From the NCBI RefSeq assembly GCF_006345805.1, contig NW_021832123.1:1-64000 (forward strand): a stretch of 64,000 nt of DNA, written 5' to 3'. Positions 50,600 through 60,899 of this stretch are shown one piece after another. Positions within the stretch are counted from its first letter, which is position 1. Each line of letters begins with the position of its first letter. A program made the position numbers and the translations under genes. The notes beneath the pieces are model-generated. The model saw nothing but the letters and a program-made list of their open reading frames with translations, was not told where the DNA came from and did no database searches. Source of the DNA: Octopus sinensis (taxonomy: Eukaryota).

Positions 50600-51200
50600 A
50601 AATCTTCTTATAGCGGTGAGATTTTTGAAATCCAGGACGACGTGCGTTAATTTGTGTTTTCCGTCATGGCAGATTGGACAGGACGGATCGACATCCTTAT
50701 TCATTTTGTTTTGATAGTCGAGGAGTAAAGGGTGATGCCCACAGCCAAATCATGCGAGTTCGACCCGATCTTTTGTTTATTCTCAACATTGGTCAAAAGT
50801 TCCTTTTCTATTGCAGTTAATCTAGCTGTAATATCCATTTTGTCCGCATGCCTTGTTTTTTCAGATTCTCGTTCATTATTTTCTGAATCTTAATAGTTTT
50901 AATTTTCAATCAATGTTTCATTTTTCGTGTATTCAATACTTAAAAAATTTTCGAGAATCCATTCGAATTTTTGAAATTACTGAGTTGCAACACACTCGAA
51001 CAAAAATTGCTACAGTAGAAAAACTCAGATCGCGTCTACCTGATCCCAGGTTGTTAGTTTTGGTTATATTGTGACGTTGCCGAGCATTCTCCTCTTTTAT
51101 CCATTTGCAACGACAGTCTGCGAGAAGCTCCTGAACAAATAGAATTCTTTAAATAAGACGTTTAATCCGAGACACTTTACATAGAAAGATGTTCCTGGAG
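50600..51200 (-). mobile_element. Decayed LINE 3' region with C-terminal Zn-knuckle
   Basis: RSGRT..DVDPSCPICHDGKHKLTHVVL resembles the RSGH..CPxC..ExxxHxL motif of LINE ORF2. Confidence 0.6.
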
Positions 51201-51712
51201 GCTATCAGGCCACCAACAATTTAAAAAAAGGAAGGTTGTTATAAACCGTTTGTTAAAGCGCGTGTCGTACGACTAAATCACTCTGAGAAAAGCCAATCTG
51301 GTATTTTTTTAAAACAGTTCAGTTCTGAAACTCCTTTGTGGTTCGTGGAAACCACAGACATAAACACAGATAAGTACAAGTTCAGGCACGTAGGAATTCG
51401 TGATTTTAATTTTCTCTGTGAAATATTTTTGAAATATTAGTCATTCTAACGAGCGGCGTGATCTGACCAAATGGAACAACTAATTGGTATTACTAAACAC
51501 CCCACTAATTAATATTAGTCGGTTAAATAGAATTTCCTAATTAATTCGAATTGATTCAAGAAATAGATCAGACTGGATTTGTAGGAAAATTACCCGGAAT
51601 AAGTTTGGTTAAAAATAAATAAATGTCAAATGGGGAGTGTTAAAATTTGTCACTTTTGGATGAAAACATTTTGCAAATGTCATTCAGAACAGGCGGAGTG
51701 GCGGGAGTGTTG

Positions 51713-51951
51713 TTATGAATTCCTTCCTTGTAAAGAGAGATAGGAGAGTTGTTCAGGAAGTTGTCTGTGTAGTCTTTGCTCACTAAGAAAGCAGAAATTG
51801 CTCGCTAAAAGTCATTTTTAAGACAAACTTCCTGGTTCCAATTCGATTGCTCCAAGAGATTTCGGCAAATAGTGTCCTCTATTCCGATAGAATTCTTAAG
51901 ATGTTCAACCATAATGGACTCTCTTAATTGCTTTTCTTCTTCTGGTGTCAT
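51713..51951 (-). CDS. 71-aa UBA-like/TAP-C-like mini-protein (not in the ORF track)
   Basis: MTPEEEKQLRESIMVEHLKNSIGIEDTICRNLLEQSNWNQE, 24-nt intron 51805-51828, then RAISAFLVSKDYTDNFLNNSPISLYKEGNS*. Confidence 0.6.
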
Positions 51952-52176
51952 TTTATTATAATAAGTAGTACACAACGTTTAATGGTTTTTATTCGAAATA
52001 GGGTATCCCGAATATGAAGTTTATCAAAAAATGTTATAAATTAAGCATCTATTTAATAAATAATAGTTAAATATTATAGTCGAGTTCTACTCATTCTTTA
52101 AATTTTCACCCAGAGAATGAATCTGTGAATCATGAGTTGTGACATTATTCGTAAATGTATAGTTGTGTCATACAAA

Positions 52177-55100
52177 ATGCATACAATTTCAAATTCCGAG
52201 TTTTTTACGCCCACAAAGTTAATTTATTATCCGAGGGAACACTTGTTTGTTGGAAGTGACTCAATGAGAGCAGTCAAGTATATAAGAAATGTCTCCTAAT
52301 TAAAATTTTGTTTTGATGGTTCGTTTATTTATAATTATTAAATTACAATATTGAATGTCGAGATTCGCAGTCACGGCATGTTTGGTGAACAATGACGATA
52401 TTTTTGCCTGTACTGCCCTCCCACATTTAAGGCGAATGCTCGAGTGTGTACTGGAAGTGCAAATCCGATCAGTCCGACCAGTGGCAGTTAATATGTCCCA
52501 ATGTCCTCGGCAAAACCAGCATTAGTGGAATATCCCTCGAAGGTTGTTTTGTTTGCCTCACCTCAGATCACGGGGAACAGTCCATTCTTATGATTTATGG
52601 GGTCAACATGTTTTGTGCAGCCACTTTCCACCGAGGTCGCCTTGTCCAACCATTAATAGACCAATCCTCGAATAAATTAACAATCATGGACGACCTCCCC
52701 TTATATTTGGACGATTGGATACTCGACTGCAAACTCACCACTGATTTGTCCTTCGTCTTCCTCCTGGCTCACGGACAAATTGTCACATTAAAGTTGGCCC
52801 CCCGTGCCCTCATCCCCGTCTCGTCCCCTCCCGACATCCCCGTCCTGTTCGGCCTCGTTTTCTTACAGCCAGGTACTCGGGCCGACTCCTCAGTGCGAGT
52901 GGAGTGGCTGTGGGGGGGAGCGTCTTCGGGAAAATATATTTGTTCTCCTCCTTGGACAACAACTCGTTTTCGTGCCACAAAGTAATGTCGGGTGTCAGCC
53001 GAAGGGACCCATTCTCTCTATCGACAGTGTGGGGACACTCCTCGCCACCGCTGCCGACGACCGAAGAGTGTGTTTGATGGACGTCACTCACTCTCAGCCA
53101 ACACTCATCTTCACTGCTTTCGGACACGCCGGCAGAATTTGGAGGGTCAAAATTGTGCCAAAACACTCCTGTTTGATTAGTCTGGGGGATGTGAGTGTTG
53201 AGAACTTCACCGTAGGATTCCCGTGTTTTTGTTTGGCGGTATTTCCCCGGAGGAGGCACTCTTTTGTACAGCACGGAAGGTCTCCGAGTCTTTCCTTTGT
53301 ATTCCATAAGTCTGGACAACTCCGAGGACTCGTTCGTGACTGGAAGGAGTGACGGCGCTCTCCTCTTCCACGACTTGGCTTCCTACATCGGTCCTGGCAT
53401 CCATTTTGTGGCACTCGGAGAGGTTTGGCTGACTGGGTGATCGTAGAGAGAAGAGGCGATGGATTTTCACTTTCTCAGTCCCGATTCAGTGTTATGCACA
53501 ATCAAGGACGACGTGTTGTGGTAACTCCCGATATGTCCACATGACAGGCATATGGTCGTGCTTGCTTGTGACGGGGGACGTCGTTGTTTGCACACGTTTC
53601 GTCGACGGGTCCTCCTCCAGACAGTTTTTGGCGGAGATTTAATTTTTGTGGCCGACGGGGAATATCTTCTGGCTGGGAACTCTTCTTCCTGGGAAGAGAC
53701 GGGCAACCCATTGGCCGGGGGGACAGTCAGCTGTCTCCAGTTGTTTGACTCCCGGATCTTTTTCCTCTTCTATCTCGGCTTCTCCTCCAAGTGGTTGGTC
53801 ATGTGTTCCACCTCGCGTGGAGAACACGTCGTCTGTGAGTATTTGCCCGAGGAAGGACTGTCGGTCTGTGCACGTTTATCCATTTCTGTCGAGGGGAAGT
53901 ACAACTGGCCGACTGTGGCAGCACTCAAGGATAATCTTCTCGTGATTGGGGACAAGGCCGGATCTGTCCATTTTGTTCGGTTTCCGCCCACAAACGAGGA
54001 GTCCGACCAGCCTTTCAAGACATTCCTCAGAATACACGGCCGAATTGACGTGACTTGCATCAACATTGGGGAGAGGGTTGTTTCGACTGGTGGAAGGGAC
54101 GGCTACATCAACGTTTTCCGTGATTCGGGCAACACCTGCCTCCAACACCTTCTCCGTTTCCAGCCAGTATCCCACATCACCTGGATTGTCTACTATGGAG
54201 GGTTTTCAGCCCGACAGACCTTTGCTGGCTTCCACGGGGTTGTCCATCTGTTTAGTCATGTCAGGGCAACTTGGTGGGCTGTGATTTAGGCCAGAACCGT
54301 ATTTGGGCGAATATTGCCATTGGGGGGTGTAAACGAGCATTTGGATTCCACATTGGCACGGACATGTTCCATGCTGTGTGTGCTCAGCCTGGAAAAGTGT
54401 TATTCCAGTCTAATTTCCTGGACAAGCCCGAACGGTCTCTCAAAGTACTCCAAACTGTCATTATTGAAGGAAGGGATTATCAGCGACAGGATAAATTCGT
54501 TAGTTCTGCTACAAAATTTCCCCTCGGCTGGAAAATGTGTGTTTGCCGTGGCTGGGGAGAGCAGATGTGTCGTCCTCGTCGAAATCAGTTGGCAGTGTTG
54601 TTCACGTCAAGTCAAGCAAAGCGACGGGCAGTTGGAAGCACGGAGATTGGAGTCGATTGCAGTTCACAACGGGAGTGTGTTCGCCCTGTCAGCACTGTTG
54701 GGGACTGTATTGGCAGTGGGGGGAGCACGGGGGCAGATCAGTGGGTGGAGGGTCGGTCTGGAGGCGCCCCATGCCAGATTATATGACGGATACATTGCCG
54801 AGGGGGCCAATTCTCTCTTTGGACTTCCCCGACGACAAAAAAGAGGTCTCGATTCCGGGGACTACAAAATCACAGCTCTCTGCCTTGCCGAGGCTGCCAA
54901 ACCCACGGACCACATCCTCGCGGCTGTCGGAACTGACTCTTCCACGAGGTTTGGGTCACACAGCAGCTTTCAGACTGTTCTACTATTCTGCTGAAAATAA
55001 ACGATTGGTGGCCGTGGCCAAGTTCCAGGATGACGCTGTCTGTTGTCCGTTCTGCTTTGGCCATTTGAGGGAGGGTTCTCTCTCATGGTGGGAAACACTC

Positions 55101-55600
55101 GTGGAATGGTCAGAATGAGGACACTTTCGAAGGATTTGGAGGTCACCGAGGAGACATCGATCCAGCCTTTGTCGATGGGTGTCAACGTTATGGCCCGTCT
55201 GGAGTCGTTGGATGACCAGCTTTTCGCGGTCGCCGGAGATGAGGGGGCGATTTCGGTGATCCGCTCGACTGATCGTCACGTCCGATTTTCGCGAGCACAT
55301 CACGCCTCAATCACGGGTGGAATGTCATGTGTATTGTAGGACTTGTGTTTGTATGCAGAAATAAGTTGGTTAGTGGAGGAGCAGATCAGAGAGTGTGTTT
55401 ATGGGCACTGGACGATAACTGCGTATTAGTAGTCTGATTATGTTTAGCAACTCACTTTGTTGAGAGAATGGGAGACTGCCGTCATGGATTTGTCTGCCAT
55501 GAGGCTTCTGAGGTGGAATGAGTATTTTACTGTTAGATGTGATGGCAAAGTGTCGGTCCTTCTTTCAGGGAAGGGATTTGAGCTTTTGGAACTCTTTTAG
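52177..55600 (+). CDS. WDR6: WD repeat protein 6 (Trm734-like)
   Basis: GPILSI..LLATAADDRRV, FGHAGRIWRV, IHGRIDVT, STGGRDG, IGGCKRAF, AHHASITG..SGGADQR and terminal GKGFELL follow the WDR6 pattern. Confidence 0.82.
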
Positions 55601-55869
55601 GTTTATTGTTTTCCCTGCATTGCTTACTGTGCTTTTTTAACAAATATTTTGTTCATTACTGAGGGAATAGACAAGGGAATTTGATTAAGAATACAGAATG
55701 TACAAATAATGTTACCGATTGGGTACTTGTAGATTTCCTGCACGAAATAAGACTCTAACTTAATTTTGGAAAATTTTTTGATTAAAAATCGATAAAAGAA
55801 ATACAATGCCGATTTATAAATATTATTATAAATTTTTTAAATAAATTTTGAATTGTAGTGCGTTGCGGG

Positions 55870-56330
55870 TGTTTGGGGAATCTGTCGAGGAAGTAATGAG
55901 TGTTTCCTGGAGATGGTTCCAGATCCTACAAAGAACTTGACAGCCGCGATACAGCGAAATATCGCACCGGGTTCAGTATATACTCTGACAAATGGAAGGG
56001 TGATTGTAATTACTTTATTCTGAATAGGTTATCAACGCCAGATCTAATGCTCTTGCATATGTGCACCTTACAGTCATCAGGGGATTTTGTAGACCCGAGG
56101 ACCGTTGCCATCAACTGTGGAGAGAATGTGGGGGAGCGCAAATGGCGCATAAAAGACGAGGAACCGCACGACACTAACCTGGTGAATACTTTGCACTCCG
56201 ATTTAATGTGTAGAATTTTTGGAGAAGGCAAGTGAGCCATTTGGACAACGCTTTCGACGAATTATTAGACGCAATCGTTGGAACGCCCACCGAACGTCAC
56301 ACTACGTCGAAACAACTGAACTTTTTTGAC
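55870..56330 (+). mobile_element. Merlin (IS1595/ISXO2-like) DDE transposase remnant
   Basis: TGFSIYSDKWK and DFVDPRT..ENV.ERKW resemble the PGTxIxSDxWxxY and FVDPxTGxxTNxIExxW motifs; frameshifted. Confidence 0.65.
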
Positions 56331-56406
56331 TTTAATAACTTTTTTACTTGTCGGTATAGTCTTAACACCATTAAGACGTTAACAATTCAAATTTGATTTA
56401 AAAAAT

Positions 56407-57460
56407 TTATAATAATATTCGTGCAGCATGAAATCTACAAGTACCGAGGAGGTATTGTTCTTCGGGGGATACCTCGTCGAAGGAGGGGAGTGTATCCAGT
56501 AGCCACTTGTAGTTGCAGTGCTCCTCAAAACTGATCCGTGCTCTGTCATTCGGATTGAGACTTCCCATTATGTAGGTCGAGGCGGAATGACTGATGTGAT
56601 CCTTCATTCCAAGTCCCTCGGACATTATTTCAGAAATCAGATCGTGAGAATATTTTTGGTTATTTGTAAATAAAATATGACTCCGAGACTCCACGAAATT
56701 AAGGATTCGTAACACACCCAACCACTGTCCAACCACTCTGGTGGAGAGTAGGCCTGATCTCCTATACAATTCCCCAAATAAACACCACCAAAATAGATGT
56801 TCTCGTCCTCCGTGGCAAACCTGACATTGGTCAAGTCGATAATCTTGATGGTTCCCGTGTGCAAGTCCAACACAAAGTCGTCGAGACTGAGTCCCCTGTG
56901 GTGGAGACCCTTCCCGTGGAGGTGTGCGATAATATTGATAATCTGCGGCATCAGCCAACATGACAACCATGACTTGGAAATAGCATATCTTTGTCTCCAT
57001 AAGGCACTCGATTAATTTGCCGAACGCTTTCAGACCGATTGTGTGGCGAGGATGGTCGAGGACACAAATGTAGTAGTTACTAAACACTTGAAACTCCAAA
57101 AGTTCTGCTTTCAGGAAACATGTGCCCTGGCATCTGTGAATGGCGACTTCCATTGGCAAGATTTCTCGGTTCGACTAAAAACTTTATTTTTTAGACCACG
57201 TTAGTGTAAGTAGCCGTCTGCTGTGATAGTTTTATCACGACCTCAGGATGATAGATTTACTGAATGTTTTGTCATTTTGCTTGCAAACGTTGATGGCCTG
57301 TAAGTGTGCGACTCTCCGATCTGATCGTGAACGCAGGAAGTCTAGTCTTTCCCGAAGGGTAGTTTAGAGTTATACTCTGTATTCCAGAAAGAAAACAGTT
57401 TTGTAGATTGTCAAGAAACCAGTATGTTCTCAAATTATTATAGCTCTGGAATCGGCCGAC
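56407..57460 (-). pseudogene. PIM-like kinase with degenerate catalytic motifs and an apparent 1-nt frameshift (pseudokinase or pseudogene)
   Basis: LPMEVA, YSPPEW and WSLGV are PIM-like; HRD is HRG and DFG is DLT; frame break at the T5 run 56653-56657. 5' end approximate. Confidence 0.65.
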
Positions 57461-58063
57461 ATTTTTAATGATAATGTCAAAAATGATTTTTAATCACATT
57501 AGAAACCAGAAAATGATTCTCATACCAATTATCAACAAACCCACTCACTTTTACTCTCGCTATGCCTATATTCGACAATACGGAATTTTGAAATATCGAA
57601 ATTAACATTAACCTCGATTAATATGATAGTTTTCGACTTCTACTCGTCTTAATTTACTTTTTATGTTAAGATAAATTTTAGACCACAGCACAAATTGAGC
57701 CCCTTTTCCGGCTAAATGAGATTCTTGTGTGGACCGAGGTTTATGTACCGAGGCCAACATATTGCAAACGGAGGAATTTCTCGAATTTGATGCGAATGGC
57801 GCTGTATCTCTTCTAAAAGTACCAAAACTTATGATCTTATCGAGTTTTAGTAGAATTGACGATATGCAGAAATGTTTTTTACCTGGTACGACACTGGAGA
57901 GACAGTAAAACATTTTTTCTAAATCCAAGTGACTCCATAGGCCAAGTTAATTCAATTTCCATTATTAAAGGGGTTAATTAGTTCATACAGAAACCGTTAT
58001 TAAAAATGATAATTAAATAAACAACAGATTTTTGTTAATAAAATTGTTTCGTAGCGACACCGA

Positions 58064-58555
58064 ATGACGTTCGACCCCTTCGCTGTGTTGGGTGTTAGTC
58101 CAGACGCTACTGACCAAGAAATAAAAAAGGCTTATCACAAATTGGCCATCAAATTCCATCCCGATCATAATAAGGCGGCCAATGCTACTGAAAAAACTAA
58201 AGAGATCAACAAAGCCTATGAGACCATAAAAGACCAGGAATCGAGGAATAAATACAAATTAGAAAAGGGCACCACAAAGTCGTACAAGGACGCCAATTAC
58301 TACGATCAAGAAGAGTTCGAATTCTCCAATTTCTTCCCTCTCAGTCGCAAGGATCGCACAAATTTGAAAAATGCAAAGAATCGGATGAACGAATTCAGTC
58401 GGAACATCCACAAATTAAATTTGTCTCGATTTATGATGTTTGAGGACGACAATCTCCCGCAATTCACGTCGTTTTACCGCAGAGATGCTTCCAACTCTGT
58501 CGACAGAGTTTTCGACCATTTCTTTAACCCCCAAACTAAACCGATCCGATCTTAA
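58064..58555 (+). CDS. DnaJ (J-domain) protein
   Basis: DPFAVLGVS..IKKAYHKLAIKFHPDHNK..EINKAYETI; intronless, 163 aa. Confidence 0.92.
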   Translation: MTFDPFAVLGVSPDATDQEIKKAYHKLAIKFHPDHNKAANATEKTKEINKAYETIKDQESRNKYKLEKGTTKSYKDANYYDQEEFEFSNFFPLSRKDRTNLKNAKNRMNEFSRNIHKLNLSRFMMFEDDNLPQFTSFYRRDASNSVDRVFDHFFNPQTKPIRS

Positions 58556-58944
58556 CTTACTAACACTTTCGATATAAACACTAATTTTCAATTATTTCCG
58601 TGTATTCAGATTTTTCCCACATTGGGCCACTCAGCTGATTTCTTCTGATCTACTATACTAACCCGAACTGACTCACGTCCTGACACTCAACTATTGCTGG
58701 ATCACTCAACGAACTAAAATGGCGAAATTATAAAAGCAATTGTCTTTTGATGTAAATTTATCTGAAGCATTTGTCTTCCAAGAATTGTAACATTGCACTT
58801 TGATTATTGACTTTTTAATTTTTGCGTGTAAATGCGTAGGCTATTTACCGAAAATATAGTTTCTGTGTCTTACTAATTCGGTTGTTTATCAATAATTATT
58901 TAATTGAATGTCAACTAATCGAGTAATAGTTTTTAGGTTTCTTT

Positions 58945-59290
58945 CTACAATTTTTTTAATAAGTAATGTTTTATCAGCAAAAGCAAGTTAACTCCCGGCC
59001 AGGCGGATAGCTTGCGCTTTGTCGGGCACAATCCAAACGAGATCCTCTGTTTCAGCCAAGAGGATTCCTGAGCATTCATCATCTTCCAAGCGATAAGGAA
59101 GCTGACGTCTTTTAGGAATTTCAATGTTTGGAAACCAAAGCCTCCGTAAGTCTCGAATATCAGAGGAACGCAAGGGACCTCGGCCTCCTTATCGCTCGGA
59201 GCAAGATGGATGTTGGGCGGCGAGTTTTGTGCTTTTCGGTCCTGTAGGCTTCCGACAAGGAGAAGATGCGGATGAGAGTATCGCAAATAA
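58945..59290 (-). mobile_element. CRE/R2-like restriction-like endonuclease remnant
   Basis: VPLIFETYGGFGFQTLKFLK..SWLKQRIS is typical of RLE-domain C-termini. Confidence 0.7.
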
Positions 59291-59546
59291 GGACCAAGTG
59301 TCTGTGCACGTTGAGTCGAAAATGACGCATTTTTACAAATTAATTTAAAATTGTCCCGAAATGTTGCATTCTAATTTTACCGCAAAAGTCTAGAATTGTG
59401 AAAATAATTAAATTGTCGACAAACACAAATTGATTAATTCGCATTATCCCTTGTAAATAAGACAGAGATAAAAGGATTAAAAAAAGCCTACAAAGACTTT
59501 GCTATGAGGAATTTAAAGGAAAGGACAATTAAAAAGTAAATTTCAA

Positions 59547-60025
59547 CTAAGCACACTCGACGGCCTCCTTAGGCTGAGATACCTCCTTTTCGAATCTTCG
59601 ATAGACACGAATGGAAGAGTGGTTGATGACCAAATCAATGACTCCTACGACAATCAAGGAAGGGAACCCTTCGAATGAAGATCCTTGAGAGCTGCATTGG
59701 CGAGGGAGCACGTTATCTTAAACTTCTCTGCGAGCAGACTGGCTGTGATCACTCGCATGGTAGGCACTTCCTTCAAAAACTTTTTATACTGAGCATCTTC
59801 GAAGAGAATGCGACTGTTCAGTTTCTCCTTTTCTTGCCCTTTGTTCCATTTCTTGCACATTACACTCACAGTCCAACCTTCTTCTTCACTTTGCTCGAGC
59901 CGGCCTTGTTTATCGGGGCTTTGGCCTTTCCTACAGGCTTTGCAGTCTTTCCGGGCTTCGCTTTTGCATTCTTGTCGGGTTGTTTTTTCTAAAAAGAAAT
60001 ATTATATCACGTCAACTGGAGCCAT
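59547..60025 (-). CDS. RPS25: 40S ribosomal protein S25
   Basis: KKKWNKG.EKEKLN..LKEVPTMRVITASLLAEKFKITCSLANAAL..KGVIDLV..VY; three micro-introns. Confidence 0.93.
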
Positions 60026-60899
60026 GTGCACGCTTTATAATAATCTATCGATTACTAAATAGTAAAAGTTTTCTTATTAAAGAAAACAATTAAAGCAAGA
60101 TAATTAATTAACCTTTTTTCCATAGTTGGTCTCACTTGGGAGTTATTTCGTTCATAATTATTGAATCTCGGTAGGCATATTTTTCCATTTCTTAAACTTT
60201 TTGATTCCAAGTCTCCGACAGAATGAATACCTCACCGTTTCATTATGCTTTCTGGGGTGATTTAACATTCTATTGGATGACCGTCCGCTGTTTTAGTCCA
60301 AGATTCACAATACGGACATTTTCTATTATAGTCTTTGAAAAAGATGTTCGAGAAAAGAGAACACGGCCTCAGATATAAGAAATATATTTTCTTTCTTTGA
60401 GAGATATGAAGATGTCAGAATATCAAAAGTATTCTGACTGCTTAAATAGTTCAATCTTTTCTGTTTAATGAAAAACAACAATGACTGTCGGATGGCAATC
60501 TCGTGTGTTTGTTCTGACAGAGCATGCTCATTCATTGCTTTTAATAGATTGACTACATTAGTCTCCGATAGTCTTTCTTTTGTATTTCAGCTTTATTTTT
60601 GGAATTTTTTTGTCCATTCCAAATCACTTTTATTATTCCTTTTCTTTCAAACATCACCCTAAAATTCGAAATACTGAGAATAACAATTATGTATAAACAG
60701 CAAATTTTTTAATTCTCTACCCTCAAAAGGTTATCGAAGTTTATCATCTAGCTAGTATAGATACATCGGGGAATCCATGCTCTTTTGGAACTGTAATGCG
60801 AAACTAAACATCGATATTCATATTTTTCGGCATTATTTATTCTCTTTTGTTAAGAATTGAAAAAAATAGTGGCAAATTTCCTTAGAAAATTTCTTAACA

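Noticed and set aside
57608-57928. 106-aa ORF or BACK-domain-like fragment on the opposite strand
   Set aside because: Short, no convincing motif, no gene structure.
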